Shown: positions 31,301 through 43,457 of the stretch, one piece after another
How positions within the stretch are numbered: the stretch's first letter is position 1
How the letters are laid out: every line of letters begins with the position of its first letter
Assembly (NCBI GenBank): GCA_964035545.1
Contig: OZ037769.1
Location: forward strand, 2,356,001-2,420,000
Source: Bugula neritina
Taxonomy: Eukaryota; Animalia; Bryozoa
Direction: 5' to 3'
DNA length: 64,000 nucleotides
Made by a program: the position numbers and the translations under genes
Notes under the pieces: model-generated
Seen by the model: only the letters and a program-made list of their open reading frames with translations
What the model was told of the DNA's origin: nothing
Database searches by the model: none

Positions 31301-34300
31301 AACTTTAGCCCGTGAGTGAGATACCAGCTAAAATTAGAGAAAGGGGCACATCATTTCACACCCCACTAGTGACTGTAGGAGACCAAACCAGTCGGATATA
31401 CAAACACATCATATGCTGAAGGAATAAAATAAAATGAGAATTGAAGACATCACCATGAAAATGACCAATTATTGACCGGCATAAGTTTCTATTATTTATG
31501 AAGAGAGTTCATCAACCAGTGGCAGTGAACTAGTCATAATTTAGCTTCTTTTCTAAATTCATCTTCAGAGATGTTATACTATGTTTTCAGAGAAATGCAA
31601 ACTCTTGACTTGTATGCACATTGGCCAATGAAGCAGCTTATATGAGCAAGGCATCCTCACCGTGACTAATATGAAGTTGTCTCCCCTACACAGTATTAAA
31701 TACCATCTTAGTTTTCTCAAGTTTGGAATACTGCAGGTTGCAGTATACAGTGGAATACCACGGGTTGCAATTCACTGAGAAACTAAAATTCTATCAGTAG
31801 ACTGTCATTTCTTTTAACACAGCATCTCAAGAAAATTTTATTTTAAATAAAACAATTTGATGTACTTACTTCACTGTAAGTTAAAGTACATATATCATGT
31901 ACATAGATTATATTAGATGTATATATAAACTAACTTACACTTTTCCAACAAATGGCACTTGTACACTCAAAGGCAGAATGGACTTGTTAATCATAGAGAT
32001 GAAGAAATTCTTATATCTCAGTATTCTGTTTGAGATATCTAGAACATAAATCGCCACATTTTCATTTACAACCAATCACAGTGAGAAAGACAGAAATTAG
32101 AGTTGTCTTTTCCGAATCAGTAATTCTTGAAATTTGCCAATATTGAAATATTTTAAGATTTAATTAATAGGAAAATTAATAATGAATTAGGTTTAAGATT
32201 TTGGTCCTTTCCATCCAACATTTCTTATAAAACAAAATTTTTCTGTGCATACAACTTTCAAACAGTCTGTAAATGACAGCTAAGAGATGTACATGAATGT
32301 TTTAATACTGCATAAATGTAGCGGTGAGGGACTACTTAATTAAATCACTCTCAGGTATATGTATGTAAGCAGCACCTAAGTGGTTCATTACTATATCATA
32401 ATATGCTAGACACAGGTTACCTGGATATATTAACAACTAGTGCTGAGTAAACTAATCATAGTATTACATAATATAATGGGTTGCAGCTACAGCATTGTAA
32501 TGGCATAGAGTTGTTATAATAATGAGGATAAGTTGAAATACTGCAGCAGCTTTCATCATTGTAAATGTTAACTCAAGAGTGAACTGTTAATGTAGTGTAC
32601 TGCACAGTTCAACAACCCATGGGTTTGCAAACATTATAAATACATTCTATTACATAATACATCATAGTACATTAAGAGCTATAGCAATAGAGATGTGTTT
32701 GGCACTCAAATTAGCTACTGTTATGTAACAAACCTGCAACTACATTGTACATAGCTCTCTGAGAAATATGTGCACTGCATTTGTTAAGCCAAGAGACTGA
32801 ATGAGATGTTACTGAATATCATCTCACAACTACCTGCTAGATATTGCCACAACCACCTGCTAGATGATGCCACAACTAACTGCTAGATATTGCCACAACT
32901 ACCTGCTAGATATTGTCACAACTACCTGCTAGATATTGCCACAACTAACTGCTAGATATTGCCACAACTATCTGCTAGATGATGTCACAACCACCTGCTA
33001 GATATTGTCTCAACTACCTGCTAGATATTGTCACAACTACCTGCTAGATATTGTCACAACTACCTGCTAGATATTGCCACAACTACCTGCTAGATGATGT
33101 CACAATTACCTGCTAGAACTTTAACTCCAAGAAAAACCAACATTTTTTGTGTTTACTACCTCCACAAACACAGCATCAAAATTGGAAATTTGTTAAATTA
33201 AGTCTTGGTATAACAGATTAGATGTTGCAAAATGCCTAACATTTACTGACAACATGGGGAAGTTGAGCCAGGTGCCCCAAACCATAATCAACATTCTTTA
33301 GAAACTCAAACAGTTGGCTATTAGTCCACACCTGATATCTTAGAGATTCTACAGGGAGAAACATGCCCATGTCAGTAAACTAGGGGAGGGGGAGGGGGAG
33401 GTTACACCTTTGGTCTCCTATCAACCTACATGGATATTCTTCATAACTTCAACAACAATAAGGCAGTGAGTAAATTCCTAGCCATTCTATAAATAGCATA
33501 TAATTACAGGTAAGTTATTTGCACCTAAAACCCTGGTTGTTGCCTCATAATCAGGTACAGAAGTCTGAATTGGGTCAGCTACTCTACTTTCATACATCAA
33601 CTGTCACTATTAGAAGATCCCAGAAACTACGGTCAAATAAAACCTCAACCACAGCTGAACAAGCTCTACTAAAAGTAAAGAGAAACTCTTCTGTGCCAAA
33701 GAAAAGCCTGTAGTGGTCTATTACCTAACCACACCCATTGGCAAGTCAGTAGGTAAAACAGTCATAGATTTGGCAGTGAGCCAAGAACTACTACATTTAG
33801 TTGACGCATGACTGACTGACTGACTCGAATAATTAACTGTTTCCCAGCATATTCCAGGGCAATATGAAAGTTGTCTCCCCTGCTTACCTAGTTGTGTTAC
33901 CTCTGTCTTGTATATACACATGTTTACATCTCTTTGCACCTGCATTAGCTTTTCCTGTACTTCATTCCATTTGGTGTTATCTAATTCATTCTGCAATCAG
34001 TAGATATCAGAGATAAGTGAGTAACATTATGACTATATCACCTTCCTATAGTATATACTAGCTACTAGCTACTAGTAACTAGCCGTTACTAGTAGCTAGT
34101 TAGTAGTAATGAGTAACAGTCATGTAATACTGTGATAATGAAAAATACAACTAGCATTAACAACAGGAGATATAGCTATGATCAGCTGAAAACTTTAATA
34201 GTAAAGAAAAGATAAAAATTAAATTTAGTTGTAACTGAATTTTTCACAAGAAACTGTTCTTTTGCTTACAGAATATACATGAAGGGAGCCTAAGCACGAG

Positions 34301-37300
34301 TTTCTCCTACATAATAAAATGGCTACCATTACATGGAAACAGTACCTATTACCTCTAATAGCACATAGTTACTTTCTTACAGGTTTTGAACATAAAACAC
34401 TTCTCTTCAACAGTGTTCACACAGGTTAAAACTTTCCTACTCTAATATTCAGCCAACCATAACCACAGTGTTTGAAAATCTATTTCTCTAACAGCATTTT
34501 AAAAATGTGACTGTGTATAACAGTGACAGCTATAAACCAGCAAACAGTGTTGTGGTTTAAAGAAGGTATCATTTGAGTCCTTCCCAAGCAAAGAACTGGA
34601 GCATTAGAGCAAGGGCAATAACACATTATACAATCCCTGCAATGTTAAGGATTTTATACTCAGAAATAATTGATAGCAGAGGATGCGTTTGATGTACGTA
34701 CAGATGGAATCTGTAAGGCCACCAGGTAGAACTTTCTAATCTGCCAGTATTTGAAGATGTTGCGTGTTACCATCACAACCCGAATAAGTAAGAATCCAAA
34801 GGCTATCACCATGCACAGGGCCACAATAGGCACGGAGAACCCGCAGCTAAAAGAAATAAAACATTGTAGTAGTAAACAAACAGTTCGCTGGCAAATATCC
34901 AAATAGAACAAAAGCATAATAAAAACGTACTGGGAATTTTATGACATAATAAGATGAAACAGCTGATGGGCTTATATGTATAGTTATAAAGTGCAGGTTG
35001 TACTGCACTAGATAAACTGCCACCAGGAGACAAAAGTCAATCTGAATCAGCACAAAGGAGCACAGCTGAGTGATGTTATCAATAATAAACATATTATGTA
35101 ATATTTTCCACAAACACAACACAACATTAGTCACTTATGTTGTTTTTATCAATAGCCAATACTTGGATTGGTGATTATTATTCTATTAATAAAAATGGAG
35201 TAAAGATTTTAGAGAGAAAAACTCTTAACTCAGTATGTATAAACTGGAATATAAATAAGACAAGATCTATCAGTTTGAAATCCCTTTATAAAGGATATAA
35301 TATATTATCATATTACACGACATATCCTGATGCTTGCAACAGTATTGTATGTATGTAATGCACTTTGACATTCATATTGCCAAACAATTGCTATCAGAAC
35401 TATTTCCAATATCAAAATGTGATATGAGTTTAGATGTAAACAAAATTGTCTAAGGCACAGAGGTAGTTGGGTGTGTCACAGGTGAACATGCAATATAGTA
35501 AACAAATATTTGCTGACGAACAAATATTACACATGCTGACTAAGTTTTCCAAACTATTAGTCATACTTTGCAATCAAACAGCTACAATAAATAATATTCA
35601 CTATTTCAAAGTCCAAACTCTCTGATTGTGATAACCTGTAAGGGCTACCTGCAACAATAGCTAAGTTACCTGTAAGAATAGCTAAGTTACCTGCAAGGCG
35701 TAATGAATACATCCTCGAACGTCTGTTTAGTTGTTGGTGTTCTGGTGGCGAACAAGACGCCATAATCCACGCAATCTACGAGAAACCCTGAGAGGAGTAC
35801 AATCCAAAGAAATTGTCTACAAGAATAATTGAGATGAGTCACTGCAGCTATGACTAATAGAATACATATTAATATTAATGCAGACGTATTGCGTTGAGCT
35901 CACATTAGTTGTAGCACATCCTCTACACACATACACATGAATCCGTGTCTCCAGTGATACGTGTACACTCGCCTAAAGAAGTCGTCTAAATTCTGAATGC
36001 CTCGCCATTGCTCTGAAACACAGTATATGTCACTATACAAGAGCTATTCTATGAATCACAGTATTTGTCACTATACAAGAGCCATTCTATGAAACAGAAT
36101 ATATGTCACTATACAAGAGCTATTCTATGAATCACAGTATATGTCACTATACAAGAGCTATTCTATGAAACAGAGTATATGTCACTATACAAGAGCTATT
36201 CTATGAATCACAGTATATGTTACTATACAAGAGCTATTCTATGAATCACAGTATATGTTACTACACAAGAGCTATTCTATGAATCACAGTATATGTCACT
36301 ATACAAGAGCTATTCTATGAATCACAGTATATGTCACTATACAAGAGCTATTCTATGAAACAGAATATATGTGACCAGTCGCGACAAAACCGGGGATGTG
36401 GCGGCGTTTATTAAGTGTAGTAAATGAAGGTTTAATTTGAAAATACTTAAATTTGAAATTAATTTTCAATTTTTAGATTTTAGACTTTTCTAATGCAAAA
36501 AAATCCAAGGATTTCAAAAATCATACTTTCGTAAGCATTTGATGATTCCTTCAACTCTAAAATTGCATTTAAAGTTGGTAACTAAGGCTTTCAATTTTTT
36601 AAATGATGAAAAAATTGCGAAGTTATCAATTAAAGAAAGAAGACAATTTTAGTTGTTTTCATAGCGTGAGATCTTGCAAATTTATTTTTTATCAAATAAA
36701 TTTAGGTTACACCTCTTTCTTCGTACTGTCAGAAGCATCATATTTAAAATCGAAGGCTAGTTCTAGTTTTTCATCGTGTTCCATCCAAAGTTAGCTTTTA
36801 AGTTACTGAGCTGTTTTGCCCTTTGGTGATAAATGCTGAACTTAATCTTTATCTTTAGCGTTCAAGCTTGAAAACCACAACAATACAGGTAATTATACTC
36901 AAAACAATCATTTACGCTACTAACTTAGAATTGTTGCCAGGATTATTTGTAGTTATCAATTTATTAATATTTATATTATCACTAGGAAGTAGGAGTAGGA
37001 GTATGTCTTAGTCTATTCCATTCTATACTACTACTAGTCTACTAGTAACTATTTAAATGACTCTCACTATGACTCACAGTTTGAGGTACGGTTACTCATA
37101 ATGATATTCATGATGAATATTATTCATGATTTACTGATACTGGTATTTAGTAGTAAAACCAAATGTAACTCATTAATAATATTAATGGTATAACTATAAC
37201 TTAAACTATAAGTATAAGTATAAGTAATTGATAATTATAAATTCACCATTACTATTACTTATTACTTATTAGTATTACTGTATTAGTATTTGAGTCTGAC

Positions 37301-40300
37301 TCTGAGTTTCGCCTTTGCTCTTAAAACTTTATACTCATACTGATAGTGATAGCATCATATTTATTCTATAGTTATTGTTAATATTTCAATTTACATTAGA
37401 CTTACTCGTACTCTTAGTCTTAGTAACTTTTAGCCTCTGTCTTAGATTTTGTCGATACAGTTACTGATTACTATTACTATTCGTATTAACATTAGGCCTA
37501 CTAGTACTAGTCAAACTACCGGTTCCTTTTGTGATTTTTAAATTAGCTCAAAGTTTGATTTAAAATATAATGATAAGATCTTTATCACATGATGCAAGCT
37601 TACAGTTAGTGTTACTATCAAAACTCAATTGATAATCATATTTATATTGATAAAAGCATCACCTATAACCAAATTGAAATGATAAATGTGACTAAATGTA
37701 AATGAGTATAATGAAATATTAATGCGAGTTCATGATGATTCTATAGTTGACTGACTTAGTTTTTTAGTAAGTTACTTTTAGTCTCATTTAGTGAGTAGTA
37801 ACACTAACTGAATGCATAAATAGTCTAAACTTTTAAATTTTATTATAAGATGAGCAAAAGTTTATTCATATTTTAAAGTAATTTATTGAATTCAAATCGA
37901 TTTTATAGTAAATGTCTTTAATAGATTCAGTTGCACTAAGCTAGCTTTTTTACTCAATTAAATGCCTGAGTGGTTAATAGTTATCTAAAGACATTGCTTC
38001 AAAATTGCCAATTGCAGATATGCTAGATATTCAAGTGCATAATTTTACTGATAATACTATGTTAATATAGAATAATCTGATATTCTGTACATTTTAGAAA
38101 GTGCACTTGTGAGGGCATTAGAGTGAAGACTTATACCTACACAACTCTACTACCTATCAATCTAATACTTCTAATGTAGACACTCCGAATTTTGGCTTGC
38201 AAGGTTATGGCTTCTGCTTATTTCATTCATAAAAAAGGTTTGCAGTCTTTTAATGATGTGCTTGAAAATTATCAAGCATTTTTTTTATTCAAATTGTTCT
38301 GTTTAATTCGATAAATTTAAACGTGGATAAAATGCAGGATCACAATTAACTGTTGCTATAATAGTACCACAAGAGTGTTTAGCCTACTAAATTTTTATAA
38401 TATAACTGGGTATAATTTCTAATCAAGCTACCGTTTCCTTTTGTTATTTATAAAAAGTCAACATTGTACTTTCAGCTCTGGAATAGACAATAAGTGGGTA
38501 GATTGGCAGGATGGAGGTCAAGTAGCAGCATCTATAATTGCTAGAAAATCAACTGATGATAGTGATGAAGCTTTTGCCACATACATGATGTTATGTGTCC
38601 ATACTCCGTAAACTCATATTATGAAGACCAAGAAAGTAGAAAGATGATAAGTGCCTTCTTTGCAAAAACCGTAGAAGCTATCTAATTTTCTTTTCTTGAT
38701 AAGAGTTAATTCAAGCATAATGGTTGTATCCAGGCTGGATTTTTTACTGCATTTAATTGGTTTTTTGAAATAATGTATTTGATGTTTTAAATGTGAATAT
38801 TAATGCCTAATAAAACTCAAAAGTTCTAATAGCTGATTTTATGTTTATATTTTCAACATCTCAGCCAAATCAATTGCTAAATTTAGTTGCCGTTAGAGAT
38901 TATAAAGATATTCATGAATGAACATCGCATGATCTCATAATAGTCAAATAATTTTCTCATAAGTGTTCTACTCATTAAGCAATAATTATGAAACAGCACA
39001 GCTCAATAGCTGCAGTTTGATATATTACACAATATATTAGAGGAAAGGGAGATATTCAATGTATAAGAGGAAGCAGCTGCCATTTTGTTTTATATGATTT
39101 CCTGCTGACTTGGATGCCTAATTTAAATATCTCAATAAACAAACTTGCTGAAACATCCTTTTCTTTGCTGAAATTGTTAAACCTTTCAACCATTAAACAA
39201 AGTAAAAAGCAAATTGACAAATAAATTGGACAAAAAGTTTGGCGGCCATATTTGACCTAATTTTATGTTGAGGCAGCATGAAATTTAGTTTAACAGAAAG
39301 CCCAAATTTTCACAATTATTTTGATACCAAATTTGTCACTATTCCTATTATACAAAGACCCGTTGCTAAGGCTTGTAAATTGTAAACAAATTATTCTCAA
39401 CTTATTCTAGAGTTGCCAACTTTAAACGCGATTTTCTCGAAACAGTAATTTAGAAATTCTAAAAACGTTAAAGTTTTTAAATACTGATATCTCGAGTTCT
39501 ATTTATGCTAGAGACTTCAAATAAAATGCAAAATGTTCGAAAAAGTCTGCTCTATCACTCCATAGTAATAACTAAGTTTTCAACATTTTATATACATCCC
39601 TTGTTTTGTGGTGCCAGGTCACATATGTCACTATACAAGAGCTATTCTATGAATCACAGTATATGTCACTATACAAGAGCTATTCTATGAAACAGAGTAT
39701 ATGTCACTATACAAGAGCTATTCTATGAATCACAGTATATGTTACTATACAAGAGCTATTCTATGAATCACAGTATATGTTACTATACAAGAGCTATTCT
39801 ATGAATCACAGTATATGTTACTACACAAGAGCTATTCTATGAAACAGAGTATATGTCACTATACAAGAGCTATTCTATGAAACAGAGTATATGTTACTAT
39901 ACAAGAGCTATTCTATGAATCACAGCACATGTTACTACACAAGAGCTATGCTACTAGTTGACAAGTTTACAGCTATTTGTTTATTTAACATAATGCTATA
40001 TTTATAGATAAAATATTACAATAAAACCAATAAGCACTATTGAACTTGAGCCAATAACAAAGTAATTTGTAAGTTTTTGTATAGAAACACTCTTCTAATT
40101 TTATAGTTTTTCTAAGTGAAATAAGGTGAGAAACGACTTTTATTTTTCTTAAAAATAAAAGTCGTTTCTCACCTTACTTCACTTTATGTGCTATAAACAT
40201 GTCAATATTAACCAGTTATAAGTAATTTCGGGTGTTGTAAATATTATGAAATGTAGAAAGAGAAAAATACTCAAACATGAATGATTAGGCCTTGTATGAT

Positions 40301-40747
40301 GAAACTCCTAGGAAATTGTTACCATCTGGCATAAAACTAGTTTCTTAGGGCACATAATTTTCTGCTGAGCAAAGTTTGTAGATTGCAGCTACTTTAATGC
40401 TATAAGAAAGCAGGAGGTGGAGAAAGAGCCTTTAGCCTTACTAATATCTTTAACTCAATGTACTGACAAACACTAACTGACTAGGATTGGTAACTCCAAT
40501 CACAACAGAAACTATTGTAAGTTATACGTTGTAGATTAAAGTAAGTTACAGAGTAAAAATACAGTAAGTTACACACTAAGATACAGTAAGATACACATTG
40601 TAAGTTGCACAGGTTAGTTAGAAGCAAACCTAATGGCGTGTTTTCATGATAGACACCGTCACTCTCCACAAAGGGATGGGATGCAAGCTCATCCTCTGTA
40701 TCAGTTTGATAAGCATCGTACCCAGTAGAGTAATCTTGTAGCGCCAT
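25334..40747 (-). CDS. ATG9: Autophagy-related protein 9 (lipid scramblase), ~717 aa, 17 coding exons
   Basis: Exons 40630-40747, 35904-36012, 35691-35816, 34702-34846, 33888-33990, 31939-32038, 31184-31327, 30499-30639, 29736-29873, 29156-29306, 28683-28817, 28253-28432, 27956-28039, 27455-27616, 27003-27051, 26121-26243, 25334-25479. Motifs: IQNLDDFFRRVY, CVDY, RILRYKNF, YLRHFNELDHEL, ELLSPLITPLIL, FTVDVSGVGDVCSFA, GKTELSLVHF. The last exon and stop are least certain. Confidence 0.94.
26320..26542 (-). mobile_element. tRNA-derived SINE in an ATG9 intron
   Basis: Minus strand reads ggagcagctgTGGTCTAGGATTAGagtg..atgGGTTCGAATCCcag (A box, and B box at 26479-26489). No complete cloverleaf; continues into a non-tRNA body. 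The 3' boundary is approximate. Confidence 0.6.
27177..27475. repeat. 33-nt minisatellite containing the ATG9 donor site
   Basis: Unit gtgactcactgagttagagtataactaagagta, about 9 copies; on the minus strand each reads ACTCA|GTGAGT. Confidence 0.92.
28436..28670. repeat. 24-nt minisatellite filling an ATG9 intron
   Basis: Unit atatgagagagctgaggctatata, about 10 copies, within intron 28433-28682. Confidence 0.92.
29505..29712. repeat. 21-nt minisatellite near an ATG9 donor
   Basis: Unit ttccctagtaacacaaactgc, about 10 copies. Confidence 0.92.
29935..30057. mobile_element. Small fold-back (MITE-like) remnant
   Basis: taggtaaaaatggca pairs with tgctatttttaccta (1 mismatch), with outer aatggca/tgccatt repeats; no clear TSD. 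Confidence 0.35.
32824..33117. repeat. 23-nt mid-intron minisatellite
   Basis: Unit cacaactacctgctagatattgt/c, about 13 copies. Confidence 0.92.
36013..36370. repeat. 38-nt minisatellite starting at an ATG9 acceptor (left part)
   Basis: Unit gaatcacagtatatgtcactatacaagagctattctat, about 9 copies. Confidence 0.93.
36371..39622. mobile_element. 3.25-kb non-autonomous or degenerate DNA transposon with 29-bp imperfect TIRs
   Basis: Left end gtgaccagtcgcgacaaaaccggggatgt vs reverse complement of right end gtgacctggcaccacaaaacaagggatgt (23/29 identical). ATAT duplicated at 36367-36370 and 39623-39626. The 38-nt array resumes in register after the element. No transposase ORF seen. Confidence 0.85.
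39623..39950. repeat. 38-nt minisatellite (right part, same unit as 36013-36370)
   Basis: Same unit, about 8-9 copies. Confidence 0.93.
40114..40184. repeat. Near-perfect palindrome (34-bp arms, 3-nt loop)
   Basis: 40114-40147 vs 40151-40184, one mismatch. Confidence 0.9.
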
Positions 40748-42704
40748 AGGTTCACCAAGATTCTTTTAATTTGAACTTGACTGAACAATAAAAGAAAGTA
40801 ATATATTATTCATTAAAATAAAATAGTGGTAGCAACTTTTTGTGTTTTTTTACACATGTTACCAACAGCAACACTCTTGACTATTTTGTGTTTTGATTTA
40901 GTTAAAATTATAGTGTAACACTAACTATAAAATTAAATATGCATGCTGCAAATACTAATATAATGAGTAGAGTTGTTATTTCTACACATTTATCAGAGCT
41001 ATGTCTATGAAAAATACAAAATAATTATTATACTTATTTTAATGTTATATAAGTAGGCTACTACTGTTAGGTCTGGTAACTATTATTAATTTCAGTTAAA
41101 TTTTGATTTGCCTACCAACTCCAAGTTCAATTACTGCAAGTGCGACTATAGAATAGACTTAGAAGTTATGTCACCAGACTTCAAATAATAGACATAGTAA
41201 TTACTAATTTCATTTTATAGCTGCCACAACTTGGATACATATTTACTATATCTTTTACTATTAGTATCACTATTAATATTGTTTTGCATATTACTATTAG
41301 TATTACTTATATTATCATGATTACTATCAGTTAATGAATAACTAATATTATAAGTAAAAGACTAAGTGCAACATGAAGTTGAACACTAACTATAAAGTTT
41401 AACTTTATCATTTTGTGGCTAAAGAGTAAAAACTTAAACTGAAACTGGTATTTTTAGTCATATTCACTTTGAATTTTAGTGAATCAGTCTTCCACTCACA
41501 AAACTACTTTGTGCCCGTTTTCAGTCTGACTCTGAGCCTCATAATCTAAATAATAATGATAATATTTTATATCTTTACATAATCATAATGATAATAAATT
41601 ATAATAAACTTGCTACTTATCAGACTTATTCATCACTTATGCTACTAGTAGTAGTACTGGTAGCTATAAATTTAATGCTATTACTATTACTATTAGAATT
41701 TATAATGATTACACTTATAGTTGCTGATACTTGTCTTACAAGTTGAACTGAAGTCTGAAAGTGAATTTAGAAGTTTGACTTAACCTTTTGTGTTATAGTA
41801 GTAGTTATAGTTTTACCTAATCTTATGACTATGACTATCACTATGACTATGTGTTATAATAATACTTATACTTATAGTTTATCACACTTGGCCTTGCCCT
41901 TGGTAAGACTAACGCTAAATCTGAGAGCAATAACTTAATCTCACCTAAGCCTAAGGTTAATTAGTAATTAGGAACTGCAAACAGTACTACTACGATACAG
42001 TGACTCAGTGAGTACTAGTAGTAGTACTCGTAGTTTTAGTAGTACTAGTAGTAGTAGTAGTACCACTACCAGGTCTAGTAGTTTAAACTTTAAAGGTAAC
42101 GCTTGAAGTTGATGTAATTTTAGTTTTTACATAAATGATAAACATTTCAATTTGTTTCACAAAATAATTATATCACTGGTACTACGCAAACTAAATCCAA
42201 TTGTTGTTACTTGCTAGTTATAGTAACAGTATAACTATAAGTTGAAGTTTACTAGTAGACGTAACACTAGTAGTACTAGTAGTAGTTAGTAGTTTGCGTT
42301 ACAGCTGGAGCGTCCACTAACTCTGAGCGCAGTATAATTTGGTTAAGCCTCGTGCACTCAACAAAACCAAAACAAAGAGCAAAACCGACAGCTAAAAGTT
42401 ATGAAATATGCTGTAAATGTTGTAAACAAATAAAGACGCTAAAACGGTCTTGTATTTTTAGGTCCTACTAACATACGTATACAGCGTGGTATAATCATGA
42501 CTTTTAACCTTTTGATAGCCTACCACGGAAAGAAATGTATTTGTTTTGATTTCTGAACATAATCATGATCACAACTTCTCTAGTTCGCCAATGCACTGAT
42601 TCGACAAAGAAATTTACGGAGTTATCAACCTAGGAACTTCATAAACGACTAAATTGAATATATCAAATAATGATTTGTAACATTTTGTAGGTTTTATTAG
42701 GCAA

Positions 42705-42803
42705 CCCGCGATAGCTCAGTTGGTAGAGCGGAGGACTGTAGTAGTAAGGAGGTAACTCCTGATTGTAATCCTTAGGTCACCGGTTCAAATCCGGTTCGCG
42801 GGA
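42705..42803 (+). tRNA. tRNA-Tyr(GTA) with a 26-nt intron (42742-42767)
   Basis: Acceptor stem CCCGCGA/TCGCGGG, D arm GCTC/GAGC, anticodon GTA at 42738-42740, intron at the canonical 37/38 position, T arm ACCGG-TTCAAAT-CCGGT, C1-G72 and A73. Confidence 0.95.
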
Positions 42804-42805
42804 TC

Positions 42806-42810
42806 TTTTT
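42806..42810 (+). terminator. RNA polymerase III oligo-T terminator
   Basis: TTTTT two bases after the tRNA discriminator. Confidence 0.8.
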
Positions 42811-43457
42811 GGTCGTTTTTGCAAGTGCACCTAATTTTTACCATTTTCCTAGATGTTTTGTATACTTATGTTGTTAAATGTAAACCAATATTATATTTTA
42901 TAACAAAGCATCCATATTTAAAAACAGTTGATGTGATGCATTTCCATTGGATGATCACTTGAGATCTACCAATTCTATTGAATGCAAACCCAGAATTTTA
43001 CCCTTATATTATAATAATTACTTCTGTTATTGCAATAGTTACACAAAGCTTTTTGCCCTCAGATAGATCTTCAATTTATTCTAAGTTAAATTTAAGAGAT
43101 TATGTGATTACCAGATGTAAACTTTCGATAAGCTGAACCTTGTGAAATCATATTTTAAAATTCAAATTTTAAAATTATTTCAGATATAACATAATATGTA
43201 GTTGAATGTTTGTAATATTTCTTATTTAAAAAACAAATGCACATATTGGTATATGAGGGATATGAAAAATGGATGGAACGGTAGATAAAATTTAATAACT
43301 TAAAAATACAACTGTTAGTCAAGCACAAAAATAAGAACTTATGTAATGAATCATAGTATTTTAACGAAATAATGTTCAATGTAAAAATATAATTGCATTA
43401 AATCTTTGCATACATCTATTCAATAGAACGCAGTGTCTTTCAATATAATCATCCAAA

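Noticed and set aside
33240-33400. pogo/Tigger-like terminus (catggggaagttgagcca) and a G-rich run
   Set aside because: No matching inverted end found; too short to support
36013-39950. Regular 21-41-nt repeats resembling CRISPR arrays (here and elsewhere)
   Set aside because: Head-to-tail units with no unique spacers, no cas genes, and all within spliceosomal introns
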